From Penicillus capitatus (lineage: Eukaryota > Plantae > Chlorophyta): a stretch of 64,000 nucleotides of DNA. Made by a program: the position numbers and the translations under genes. This document shows, piece after piece, positions 1 through 12,999 of this stretch (position 1 is its first letter; every line of letters starts with the position of its first letter). The notes beneath the pieces were generated by a model, which did no database searches, was not told where the DNA came from, and saw nothing but the letters and a program-made list of their open reading frames with translations. The stretch is from NCBI GenBank assembly GCA_965649825.1, contig OZ287697.1, forward strand, positions 2,245,826 through 2,309,825, given 5' to 3'.

Positions 1-1858
1 TCGAACTTTCCGTCAGAATCGGGACCAAGACGTAGTAGTTGTCCGATCTCTATTGAACCTAATAAACGACAAAACTTACCCATTAGAAATGAAACAGACC
101 GTTGGACACCAGAAAGAAGTGTCCCCGACAGAATGTTTCCTGCTTGGGTCAACTCCAAAATCTCATCAATTTGGAAATGGCTGACTGTTCTGTTTGCCAT
201 ATCTAAGTCTCTTGTGGCAATCCTGGACTTTAAGGCATTTAGTAGGGTGTGCAATAGTCGAAGTCCTATCACAAGCATAGTGTCTACGTGCAATGAAATT
301 GTCAGCAGTTAGACACCTCACCAGTACCGGATACAGTTGATATCCTCAAAAACGCCGATCCACATGCAGCCTTTGTGCTGAAAGTCGTCAAGTTTGACAG
401 CTGTGCAGCGACTGAAATGACATCTTCTTCGTTCAAGAGTTCTTGTATAAAGCTTTCGTTCTGGAGACAGTCACAGGCTAGAGGAGGTGCATAGATGGAA
501 GCAAAGGCGTCGCACTCTCAGTTTGGAGGGCAAGGTAGAGCCAATTGCAGCATTGATGGAACGGTAAAGGTCGTTGATATCTTTCAACAAGACTTCCGTC
601 GCCTTATCGGTCGACACATCTGTCTTCGTCAACACGAAGATGAGAGGTAGGTCCAATGCCACTGCAACGGTCATCTGCTGAATGCAGACGTCTGTCACTC
701 CTTCCAACGGAGACACACAGACGAGAACATAATCAGGAATCATGGCTGTCAGGCCTACACACAATACGACCTCAAAGAATGAATGCATCAAACATGTGAT
801 GATGGGTACCGCGAATAACGGTTTTCAGAAACTTCTCATGGCCTCCCATGTCTATCAAACTAACACGCTGAGAGGCCACGACACCAATCTCTGCGGGTGT
901 CATTGTTGACAGACCACTGTAGTTTAAGACTTGACCATCATCTTGATAGCCAAGAAAATGCTTGGTGACGGTGGATGTGTGACCAGTCTCGATTTCATGC
1001 TTGTGTTTGAGAATGCTTGTCCGTGCACTGCCTTGTCCATCGTCCAACATGGGTTCTCTATCATCGCCATTCGTCAGACAAGCAATAAGAGTGCTCTTGC
1101 CAGCATCCATTGGGCCAAGGACTGTTAAGAAAAGAAAACGATAGAAACTGGACCTGCAACCTAGCAGAGACCTCCTATTCTGATTCCTGGAGCTGTGAGG
1201 CGTTCTGTCAGTTGTCTGACGACTTTAACCACCGCACAATGGCGCTCATAGCCTCCCAGAAATCTCCATTTGATTTCTGCTTTAGCATGTAACAGTTCGG
1301 CCATTTGGAACACTCCATCAATAGACTGTTGAAGTTCTTCAGGAAGCAGTCCTCGCGGATAGCCATCGTCCGCCACCCCCAGACAGTAGTAGCATACTCC
1401 ATTGCCTTCAGAGAGTCGAAATTTCATTTGTGTGACCTACAAATAGTGTGCAACAGCTTTCCACTGTTGTATCATAAAGAACCAGCACCAGTTGTTGAAA
1501 CCGAACAGAATTTGGATCCTTAATCTTCAGTTTGTATTCAATAGAGCCATCCTCCACTTCAGGATAGAACCAGTCAACAGACATGTCTTTCGGTGATTTC
1601 CTCTCTTCCATGTCTCGCAGTTGCTGTTCAGCAGATTCTCCTCTTTCCTGTGCCCTTGCTGCCGATTCGGCCAACTGTCGCTGTTTTCTGGCTTTGCTTC
1701 TGCGTTGCCTATTCTTGCGTCTGATAAACGTGTGGCTGTGGAGCGGCCCTGCCCCCAGGGGTGCTGTACCTTCTTGGATGGACAGGATTGTCGACAGGCG
1801 AGACTGACGTCGACACCCATTCTGGTGAATGCTCTTCGGGCGCTAATGGCTCGTCCAT
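1..1858 (-). CDS. GTPBP2: GTPBP1/GTPBP2-family translational GTPase, multi-exon, 3' end runs off the window start
   Basis: Exons give the GxIEYKL N-terminal motif (DGSIEYKLKI), G1 DAGKSTL, KHKHEIETGHTS, G3 DMGGHEKFLKT, G4 LTKTD and domain II GSIEIGQLLRLGPD at the window edge. Start ATG at 1858 inferred by threading a GT-AG intron. Confidence 0.85.
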
Positions 1859-2037
1859 TCTTCATTAGAAAGACGAGCAGAAAGCACGACGACGCCAATC
1901 AAGTGCATTACGTACATCGGCAAGGACGTCGTGTCGCACGCATGTTCTGTTCCAGAGCACATCCTCGGCTATGCATTTTGGGCAGAGGAGCGAAGTCGAG
2001 TAAGTTGTGGAGAGATCTAAAAACGCATAGACGGGCA

Positions 2038-3832
2038 ATGGAATCTGCCACGAAAGCTGAAAGTGTCGTTCGATTGGAATCTCTGGATCTTCGGGGACTT
2101 GCTGCAAGAGCCAGAGATTGGGCTTATCTGAATGGACTGGTAATGCATTGCTTTTTATTGATTGGGGAATGTAACAATGGCAAGACTACGGTTAAGGTGA
2201 TGCGCAGCCAACATTCACCGTCAGTCATTCATGCACCTATTGCTGTGTTGCCCTGTCCTTTCCCCAGAAGCGGTTTCCAGCGAGTAAGATGACTGATGCG
2301 ATCAGAACATGAAGCACTTTATCATCGTTATTTGTTCTCTAGGCCGTGGATGTCATGCCTTTGATGAACAGATTGTATGACAGTGTCAGTCAGGATGCTG
2401 AATTCTTAACATCCACACTAAAATCTGCAGCAGAATTCGATGACTTTACGGCAAATCTGTTAAAAATCTATGGAGACGTCAGAAAATTACAAGACAGTAA
2501 GAAAGAAACGGTACTGGGCATTCATCGATCTGATTACATGCTCGATCAACCCTCTAACAGACTTCTACAGGCTCGATGCGTTTCATACACTGCACAACAG
2601 AGAATCCCAAAGAGACTTCTGTTCCTAGGTGGAGCTGAATACCATTGCTTCATCTTTTGGTGCTCTAAGCAGTCGGGTGTCGAAGCTACATTCATGCCTT
2701 TTGTCTTGGCCAGATATGGCATCTTTCGTATAATGTTTTGTGGCCGAGAGATTCCATGATGTGTCTTTCTGAAGGGCAGTGGTGAAACGGTGGACAATCA
2801 GGCAGTGATTAGCATCTGCAGCGCATTGACTCTGGCTCACAATGCCACAGATCTACCGAACTCATCCATTCTGATGGTTGCAGAGCACGACGACAGCAAC
2901 CTTTACGACCAACAAGTGGGTGGCGAGAAAGTCAAGATGTATCTTCTTGTATCCGGGTGTGATTTTAGTGGATCACTTCGACTTTACTAGAAAATCACGG
3001 CATTGCTGTTATCCGAAAGCCTCTCTCAGAGATCATGGACTGCTCTGTTCTGGACGACAGTCGGAATCTGATTGTGGATGGGAAGACAGTCTCTGTGGTC
3101 TATTATCGCTCAGGCTATTCCCCTGTTTCCTATCCAACGCAGAGGGAATGGGAAGCGCGGAGACGTATAGAAATCAGTTCTGCCTGCAAATGTCCATCCA
3201 TCAGTTATCATTTGACTGGAACCAAGAAGATCCAACAGGAATTGGCTAAACCAGGAAGACTGGAAAGATACTTGGATACAGACGAATGTCAACGCGTCCG
3301 TGAATTCTTTGCTGGACTGTGGGGATTGGAAGATCTGTCAGATCCAGATGTCGATTCCATTGTTCAAACCGCAGTGCGTGAACCTGATGGGTTTGTTTTG
3401 AAACCCCAGAGAGAAGGCGGCGGAAATAATCTCTACGGTAGAAAGCACTGAAAGGAAGAACTGTAACTGAGGTCACTGTTCATACAAGGTGAGGATGCAG
3501 CTGCCGTTTTGTCCAAAAGAAAGGGACTGGCTGCATATGTTCTCATGCAACGCATTCGCCCTGAGAGACATCGGTCGGTGCTTCTCAGAGGTGAAGAGCA
3601 TTTCATTGAAGACACCGTTTCAGAACTTGGAATCTATGGAACATTCATCCGAAGGGGAACAGAGATCCTTCTGAATCAAAGTGCTGGTCATCTGCTGCGA
3701 ACAAAGGTCTTCAAACAGCCCAGTCCAATTGCAGATACTTTCATGTGTGAGTGGTAGGTGGCATCATCGGATGAAGGAGGAGTGGCTGCAGGCTTCGCTG
3801 TTCTCGATTCTCCGTACTTGGTAGATGGATGA
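2038..3832 (+). CDS. GSH2: Glutathione synthetase (eukaryotic type), multi-exon
   Basis: Motifs HRSDYM, LLQ|VELNTIASSFG, VVYYRSGYSP, KCPSISYHLTGTKKIQQ, VLKPQREGGGNN, YVLMQRI, SELGIYG, GHLLRTK and EGGVAAGFAVLDSPYL before TGA at 3830-3832. Confidence 0.95.
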
Positions 3833-4022
3833 TTGATGTGACGTATTGCGGTGCGCGGTCTGCTTGTTGTCGCGTCGATGCGCGTGCTCTCGAGAGTCAG
3901 TCAGTCCTTTAAAAACATCATCGATTCGTTAAGATTCGCAACTGAGATTCTCTTCGTGACTCAGAGAATCTCGGCAAACGCAATCTTGCGGTTATTACTC
4001 GACAAACGATAGCTTCTGTAAG

Positions 4023-5628
4023 ATGCGGCTATTTGAAGAACAGCCTGTCTACTTGGTAGACATGCACTGCTATAAACCGCCAGATGAACTCAGAATGGAC
4101 ACGGACAAGGCTATAGACATCTGGAGACAGAAGAAGGTGTACTAGCGAGTTCTGTTATAGCATTTAGAACGATCCTCTTCTTTGGATACTAGGCCTATGA
4201 GGAATCTGTCATAGATTTCAATCAGAAGATCACCAGTCGATCTGGGCTGTCCACAACGCATACGCATTTGATGAAACATTTGAATCCGGAGCATTGTGGA
4301 TTGGAATACAAGATAGGGATCAACGAAGCGATGGAAGAGGCGCAGATGTGTTTGTTTGGTGCTGTCGAAGGACTTTTGCAACAAACGAACATCAAGCCTA
4401 CAGATGTGGATATTCTGATCAGCTGTTGTTCGATCTTCTGTCCAACCCCGTCGATGACGGCAGTCATTGTGAATCGTTTCAAGATGCGTTCAGACATTCA
4501 GTCATACCATTTGGGCGGAATGGGATGCTCAATGGGCGTCGTCTCTGTGAACTTGGTCAGGGATTTACTAAAAGCACATCCAAACTCTATCGCCATGCTA
4601 TGCACAACAGAGACAACGACTCCTGCCTTCTACACTGGCACAGATCGAAGTAGGCTGGTGACGAACCTGCTCTTTCGAATGGGAGGAGCAGCTATGCTCT
4701 TTACAAACAAACCCTCTAACAGACTACAGCCAAAATATCAACTCAAGACGGCGATCCGTGTACATCAAGGCATTCGAGACACTGCCTATGCGTAGAGACC
4801 CCATTATGGTGCGTATAGTGGATTTCGAGTGCCTTGATGATTGTAGGTGTATTCGTTACTCCCCGGATGATGAGGGGATCAATGGGATCTATCTCGGCAA
4901 GGATGTCGTGGCTGAAGCCAGCAAAGGACTGGAGAAGGCTATCACGAAGATCGCACCCAAAGTACTAGGTTTTGGACAGATTGCCCTGTTTCTGCTAACG
5001 GAATTGCGGCGACGTTTCAACCGCAAGATCAAACCTTTTGATCCAAATTTCGACAAATGTCTGGATCATGTCCTTATTCATGCAGGTCGGCATCTTGGCT
5101 GGTATATCTCACTCAACCTGTCTCTGCAATACCATGCAGGTGGCGCAAAAGTACTCGAAGGGCTTGGAAAGAAGCTGCAGTTCAGCGAGTACAAGCTAAA
5201 GCCTTCTTATGATGTTCTCTACTACTATGGCAATGTCTCATCTTCTACTACGTGGTACACTCTGAGCAATATCGAATCTTTGAGAGGTGTACGCAAAGGG
5301 GACAAGATTATGCAGGTTTGTTAAGGACATGTGCAGAGGATAGATGGATGGGTCTTTGTAGGTTGGCGTCGGTTCTGGTTTGAAGTGTGGTGTGAATCTC
5401 TGGGTTGCCTGTCGTGACATATGGGAAGTGCACAATTCCTGGAAACAAGTGGCAGAAGAGAGAGGTGTGAAACCCAGGTGGCATCGACGTTCATGGAGGA
5501 GCTCTCTGGTCCAAGTCTTCCTCCTGTCTCTTCTGCTATTTGCTGTTGTCGCAGTCCTCAGCTTTGTGGACGTTCCTTGGGTGACAGCCATTCTAAAGAA
5601 TGGTCTTTCACAGCACCTCGAACTATAG
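4023..5628 (+). CDS. KCS: 3-ketoacyl-CoA synthase (FAE1/KCS very-long-chain fatty acid elongase condensing enzyme), multi-exon
   Basis: PVYLVDMHCYKPP, FCPTPSMTAVIVN, catalytic Cys in LGGMGCSMG, LFRMGGAA, IHAG|GAKVL, YGNVSSS, Q|VGVGSGLKC. Confidence 0.92.
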
Positions 5629-5824
5629 AATGCCTCTTGCTTTGCTTGCCACACCATCATCATTATCACAGATGGCACGCTGACATTCATTGATTGCTTT
5701 AACTGTTCACTGAAGTCCGCGTGATCCATTGCTGTTTTTGTTGTTCAGACATATCTCGCTCGGCAATTCGAGTGTTGGGACTGTTCCAGGAAAACAGGTG
5801 ACAGACACCCACCGTGCGGATTAT

Positions 5825-8800
5825 TTACTACACAGGGTCAGAGTTCACGCAACGACACTTTATCATGGACTCAATCGAGACAACAGACATACCCAGTCTG
5901 CTAACTGCCCTTCATGCTTTAGTAAACTTTGTAGGACAGAGGGCAATCGATTTCGCCACTCAATAGCCATGACTGAATCTTCTTCAGCCTCGCAGACGTC
6001 ATCTACTCTTCTCTTCAGCCAGGTGAAAAGGACATCTGGTCTGGGGAAAACACAGACGTTCGAGAACGGTGCATCCAGTAAGGAGAGGAGATGCATCAGT
6101 GTCATTTCTAGTTGGTTTTTCAATCCCTCGTGGTACTTGAAATTCGGGAAAGAGGCATCCACTGTTGGTCGGATGAGTTCGTTATCTGATTGCTGTTCTT
6201 CCTGAATGTTTTGTGATCCATCTTGTAAGATATGCAATCGTCTTGCCACTGCAGAGATTGCTGGAAAGAACATGTCTTGAAATGAAATTCTGATCGAAAC
6301 ATTGTCCAGAGCAGCAGCAGCTTGCATTTGAACTTTAAAGTTCGGGTTTTCGTTGACAAGATGCACAAGATGACCGATTAACTCTGAAAGCGTTCCGTTC
6401 ATACCAACTGTTGCTCTGAGACTGTTATTGGATGCAAGGCTTCCTGTGGCGTAACAGGCATTCCATTTGACTTTAGCACTGCTCGTTTGAAGACTGGTTT
6501 GTAAACAGTCCACGGCATCATTCAACCATCCATCTGACACTTCAACATCTGCCAGACATTCATTTCCTCTATCTAACCAAGACGACAATGCAACACGAAA
6601 GGACCTGAAAAGCAGGTCTCGCGGAGCAGATGTCCAAGTGCACGTATCCCGTTCGCTCTGACCTTTTCGTGATCTCTTGAAGCGGCAATGGCAGCTTGTG
6701 CCAGGGGCTTCAGAGAGACCGCATCTCTTGAAATGTAGGGTAATGTACTGGGATTTCTTGCTATGAGATCGGCAACATTTGCCAACGACCACGAGGAGGA
6801 TATCCGAACAGAGATTGTTGGATTCTCGAGACTCGTTGCCAATACACAAACGGCCTTATCATACATCTCCTGAAATGCATAAAGAAGTTGGAGATTGTGC
6901 AGAAGGACATCTGTCTGTCTTGATAAACCTTGTCGGATAAGAAATATCCAGCATTGACCAAATCTCCAATCATCCGACATGCCGAAGAGCGTACTGCGAC
7001 AACGGGATCTTCTACAGCCGCACTGAGTGCAGCACTCAAGCATTTCTGAAGCACAGGCGGTGGCAGCAGCGTCAGCACAGCCTGACACGCTCCTCCAATC
7101 TCCGTCAGAGCTGCCGATCGCAAAACCGGCGATGGATGTGTGAAAGAAGGAACAATATGCAGAGGCACATTGGCAGCAGCATTCTTCAGGAGATGAGGAT
7201 CCTCCATGAGCACAGCATTTGCTGTCAATGCTCCAAAAAGACGAATGGACTGCTGTGCGGCCTTCTCCTCTGAGCCAGAGTGTTCCATCGGTCCCTGGAT
7301 GACATTTTTATTAAGGAGTGTCGCCACATCATGCCATCTCTCTAGACAGCAGCACTCAAGGCATTGGCGCTGCATGCGATTTCTACAGTTCTACTTTTGA
7401 AGAGATCACTGTAGTTTGTTGCTGCACATGTTAATGCAGCGAGCGCTTCGGATCGAACAACATCTCTGTGTGAGTGTGCAACTGAAAAGAGAGCATCCAA
7501 CAGTGACCATCCAGGGCGCTTGTGTTCCAGAAATGACTGAATTCTCTGACTCAGTCTTCCTTGGTTATGTTCAGAACCTGAGGTGTCATCCAAGTACTCT
7601 TCGAGTTTAGCATCGGTAGGTGACGATCCAAGAATGGTGCGTAGTGCGATCATGCAGGCTGTTTCTCTTGCCACATCGCCATCCCCGTTCTCATGGTAAC
7701 GCGTCCATTGTTTCTGAATAGACTTCACCATTCTGGTTCGCAGATCCGATGGCATTCGGTCATATCGTGTCGAAGAGACAAGACTGTTCAGTGTTCTGAA
7801 AAGATGGGGAATGACGGAAAGCTTTTCTTCATTCTCAATTCCGTGCAGGAGTCCATCGTGAAGGGCAAGCACCATCCGTCCCAAAGACAAGGACAGTGTT
7901 GTAAACCCTCGAATGGCTGAAGAGTCACGATCGGAGTACTTGGCAACGGAGAGAAAGCCTTTCTGTGTCCGACCTTCCATAAGAGTTGCAATTGTTCCAG
8001 CTGCAGCCATTCTAACCTGAATTGGATCAGAAGAGAATCACAGAGGCCGCAGAGGAGAAGGACACCCATACTTGTGGATGAGGATCATAGAGAAGAACAT
8101 TGATCAGATGTGGGCTGCTGGGAGATCGCTGCAGAGGTTGTCTAAAGGGGAGGAGCACCCGCCAAAATGGATGTAGGCTTTTTCCGTCTACTTGTGACAT
8201 TTTTTGCACGAGATTCAATGCCGCTAAGCGGATCTTGACAGTCTTGTGCTGATCTGAAGATCTTATTCCACCACATCCACCACTTGTTTCGCTCCCTGTC
8301 ACCATCCATTCGCATCACAAAGTTGTCTGTCTGTCAGAAATCCCCACCTGATATGGTTGAACTGCTTGCAGAGGTATATCCACTTCCTTCATGACCTCTC
8401 CGGTGTGGAGGAACGTATCTACTGCTACTCCCGTCCGATGAAACATCTGATGTACTATCTGAAAAAGCAGACATGCTGCATGACGACTGAACGCCCACGG
8501 CAAGAAAATCTGGGATGACTTCCATGAGTGCAGGGACATAAGACACATGGCTTCCACGTCCCTACAGGTAGAGCATTGGCAGAAGGAAGTCCTTCTTCAT
8601 CCATTCAGACACTCATTTCGATGCTCACCTCAGAGATCAAAGTAGTGAGCGTATGCAAGAGCGACACATACATGCCAGATAGAAAGGGATTTTCAATGGG
8701 TTTTTGTCTGTGCAGAATGTTAGCCACCACATCCATCATTTTCTCGACGGATTGTTGTTGGACATCACTTCTGTTTGCGAATAAAGCTTGGACTGCATCG

Positions 8801-9703
8801 GATGCAGCAGAACAGAGTTCGACACTCAAAGTTATTCTTCCAGATTCCTGTCCCTGCAATCTCAACAACCGTTCTTAATTACCAAGAATGACGCACTCTG
8901 GAGTATGTGGAGTTTGGAGGCTTGTAACAATGTTTTGTCAAAGCTGTTGCGAAGATGTGTTCGAGAGATGATTGCATGTGAAAGGAAATCTGTTAGACAT
9001 GAGGCATCACGATGTCTGTCTGCATGCTTCACGCTCTATTGGATTACCTGAGACTGGAAAGCACTCAGAATGGCGCCCAAGGCTGTCACTGAATCCACCA
9101 TGGTCCGATTCACACTGTCTGTATCCAAAGACTGTTCTGTCCACTGAAGGACCAACCGAATGAGATCTCTGAATCCACTCACACTCAGTGAAGCATTTGG
9201 GCGACTAAGAAGCTTTGTAAGGATTCGACAAAATGCATTGCAGACGTCCATCTGCACACTGATGCACAGGCAACCCATGCACATGTGGAGGGAGGGAGAC
9301 CCACAAAATGCATTCTTTACTTGTCATCACTCGTCGACACTTCTGTTTTTTGATCCATGCCGATGCAGCCCACCAAACTCAGGTATCCGCCAATTATTAA
9401 CAAATCCGATTCGATCTAAAGAGCCGCGTGATGCAAATTGATGTCGTCGATTTTGAATCTCACTTCCTTGAATGATCGGGTGATGGTCTGCAGTGGAAGT
9501 TGGGACAAATCTGATAGTGCCTTGTTTAGACCCATTTCTGGTTCCAAATTCTGTTAACAGACATTTAGAGCGTATCTCTACTGAAGCAGGCAGCGTACAG
9601 AAGAGACACTCTCGAGCACTTGAAGCCATCTTTGGTGAATGTCCGCAACACTCTCCGACTTTCTCGTGGTTCGTCCGCGGCGTCCTCTTCGTCCACTCGA
9701 CAT
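5825..9703 (-). CDS. HEATR6: HEAT repeat-containing protein 6-like (ARM/HEAT, DUF4042 type), multi-exon; both ends approximate
   Basis: Helical repeat exons with KVRANGIRALGHL, KVKWNACYATGSL, NFKVQMQAAAAL and FPNFKY, which are typical of HEATR6 orthologues. Start (MSSGRRGRR at 9703) is tentative. Confidence 0.7.
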
Positions 9704-9763
9704 CGTTTAAAACAATAAATGAATGAATGACCGACCTGGAAGTGACAGGAATGGGAATGACGC

Positions 9764-11450
9764 ATGAAAATGCTTCGCCAAAAATTCAAACGGTTTGTCA
9801 CTCAATGGGCCAGTGTTGGATACGCCCTCCCGGTCATTACGGATCTGCAACCGTCGAAATGGACTCCACTGACCGATCCTGCCTCTGCTCTTCGACGCGT
9901 GGGGTTTCGGTCGACGGCTTCCGTGAGTGATCCATACAGCAAACTCAAGGTATCTCGATGCCCTTTGCATCAGATGGCAATAATTTATAGCGTTGCCAAT
10001 GCTGAATAGATATCCGATATCCAACAGCTTCTGCAAGATTCGAATGTGGATTTCCGCGATTGTTATGAGAAAACAGAGCTGATTGATCGTCTACGGACTT
10101 CCGAATCTGGATTGCCTGCTTACGTCCAGAACCGATTGAGGAGGCTGCTTACATCATCCGATATGCATGCTGGTTTAAGAGAGGCAAGGGAAGAAGATCT
10201 CTCTCAAGAAGAGGATCAGGCCGTCCGTCTTTTCAACGTCACGTCAAAACTAAAAACATGTGTGGAGATGTATGGTGTGTTGTGTTGTGCAGCGATGTCG
10301 ACATAGTGTCGTCCACGTCACATCCTTCGCTGTGGGAATTGATGGATTCAGCATGAATCCCGTTGAGATACCACGCGGCACTGGAACCGGTATCGTGTGG
10401 GACAACCACGGACACATTGTGACGAATTTTCATGTTAACACCTGAGCCGCAAGTTCATGAATGGTTTCCAGTATGATGTCTTGTCTAGGTCATTTCGGGA
10501 ACCAATGAGAAAGTTCAAGTGCAGTCGTCGGACAACACGAAATTTGAAGCTACCATTCGCGGAGTAGAAAGAGACAAGGATTTGGCTGTTCTGAAGATTG
10601 ACAGTAGTAACATCAACCTTTCTGCCATCGAAGTACATCCATCCCACTGTACACATCCTCCCACTGTTCGAGTTTCTTGCCTTAGGTTGGACTTTCCAGC
10701 AATTTGCGCGTCGGGCAGAAGGTGTTTGCGATTGGCAATCCATTTGGTTTGGATCAGACCCTGACTGCTGGGATTGTCAGCGGTCTTGGAAGAGAGATTG
10801 GATCTCTGACAGGCCGAGTCATTAAAGATGTCATTCAAACAGATGCTGCCATCAATCCTGGTAAACAGCTCACTCGCACGTATGCTATAAAAGCAGATTC
10901 ACAAAGGCAATTCTGGTGGCCCATTGCTTGATAGCCGTGGACGTTTGATTGGCGTCAATACAGCTATTGTGAGTCCTGGCAGTGGGACTTTTGCAGGAGT
11001 GGGCTTTGCCATTCCATCCAACACGGTACGCCGAGTCGTCAACCAAATCATCAAGCATGGAAAGGTCATCAAACCTCGGATCGGACTCTTCTGTGCTGCC
11101 GATGAACAATCACGTCCCTTCCTGCGAGGAACAAGTGGAGTCCTGGTTGTTGGGGTGGAAGATGGATCTCCTGCTGCGAAAGCGGGAATACGGTAAGCTT
11201 CTCACTCACAACCTCGGCAAGTGAACCGATGAACCTCCTTGTTTGTTTCAGAGGTGTCCAGAAAGTGGATGGGCATGTGATTGTGAATGACATCATTGTT
11301 GCCATCGGAGATGTGCCTGTGACTTCTGTCGAGGAGCTCATCTCTGCCATTGAAGAGTTCGATGTCGGAGACTCTGTCCCAGTCACACTTCAGAGAGTGG
11401 GTAGCGACGGTAAGTCATTCTTGGTAAACGTTCCTGTTTGGACATACTAA
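9764..11450 (+). CDS. Deg/HtrA serine protease (Deg1/5/8-like) with C-terminal PDZ domain and N-terminal SAP-like module, multi-exon
   Basis: [17 protein letters not shown]|V (His), DKDLAVLKI (Asp), [31 protein letters not shown]|NSGGPL (Ser), PDZ-type GSPAAKAG and DIIVAI. Confidence 0.93.
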
Positions 11451-11558
11451 GAAAGTGCGTTTGATCTTCGCACATGCCCCTCTTTATCTTTTTGAGATAA
11501 TGTCCACGGAGGAAGATACAAACTATCATCGTTGTTGAAGGCTTCAAATGACAAGACC

Positions 11559-12864
11559 TTAATAAAACCGTAAACACAAAAGAGAAGTGGATGCTGCAAC
11601 GCCTACCAGTTGCTCCTCTGGGTCGCTCTTCGGAATTGTTCCATGTAGCACACCAATTCTACTTGAATAGTCCGTCACGGGTCTCATTGTGTCTCCTCCG
11701 TGGTGGGCATAAAAATTCACCTTCCCACTCTTGAATCCCACATCGTCTGTTACTATGTACAAATGTCCACGAACCAGCTTCAAACAATAACCATCTTGGA
11801 GATGGGGTACAGGCGATTATCAATGCTGCTTACTTCACGGACAGTGTTCATCGGAGTATCCTTCTGCAAATCAAAGACCAGATCTTTACAGTATGAGTGC
11901 GATGCCATCGGCTTTAGTATCACTCTCAGAGATGTTCCATGGCGGCGCATCATTTTCTCTTTCGAGCACATATCCTTGTTTTTACCATTGGTCTTCTTCT
12001 GTCGTTTGGTTTGCGGTTGGTAAGAATCTGAAAAAGATCGATCGATCGCAGTCAGATCATTCATTCAACAGGCTACGCACCTTTCTCTCTAACGGTGGTA
12101 AAGAAGTCTGCTCCAATGTGTTCACGATAAGCAGACTGGCGTCGTTCTCCCCTTTCTCTGAGTGATTTTATGGTTTTCGTGACTGGGACAACCTTCAGTT
12201 GTCTCTTCCTGGGAATCTTCTGACGCTGCTCCCTCCCTCCCGACTGCACACATGGCTACAATGACACCCACCACCTTGCCTTCTGACATGTGCTGCGAGG
12301 AAACAAACTAGAATGGGTCGACTTGGAGGCGACACATGCCACAGTGCGATGAGGCTATCAAATCTCTTATCCTAGACAAAATCGAATACAGACCCCATTT
12401 ACAGTCAGACAATGCACAAGACGTCAGTCATCTTACTTCACGCAGATCACGATCTCCTTTAAAGCTAATGTGGCAGACAGGGCATCTCTTTTCTTCACTG
12501 TCCATTAAGCATAGACTTTGTTCGACGAACAAAATCAATAAGACATGAAGACGCACGATAGACAATTCTCTAGTGTTCGTTCAATGCAGTCTTTGCAAAA
12601 GCGATGAAGACATCGGACAGAAACTCTTGCTTCCATAATGACATCTGTTATATTTGGACGACATCGCCATAGAATCAATAGACATACTCTAGCATACCGT
12701 GACATAAGGGGCATTTAATTTCTGTCCCGATGCCACTGGGTCCAGTCAGCGATGCTTCCACTCTGTGACCAAAGGATCGCGCATAGACGTCAATGCCATG
12801 TCGGCAGATTGTACTTGTTCGTCGGAACCGTGACGCTTTTCCACTCGAATCCTCGCCATTTCAT
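11559..12864 (-). CDS. RING1: RING1/RNF2-like C3HC4 RING finger protein (putative PRC1 subunit), small exons, possible C-terminal ubiquitin-like (RAWUL-like) region
   Basis: Threading GT-AG introns gives EIKCPLCH|DVIMEARVSVRCLHRFCKDCIERTLENCLS|EEKRCPVCHISFKGDRDLRE|DKRFDSLIAL, which matches the RING1 pattern CPIC..CLHRFC..CI..CP.CR..LRxDxxFDALI. The C-terminal domain call and the 3' end are weak. Confidence 0.72.
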
Positions 12865-12999
12865 GCTTGTCTTGTGTTTGGCCGACAACGGTTGGCGGCT
12901 GTGTACGATTACGAAAGAACGTGTCGCGACGAATGACACGACCTGCGACTGCCTTGTGGCATGGAGATGTCCTTGCAGTGAGCGAGCAAGGAGCCATCA

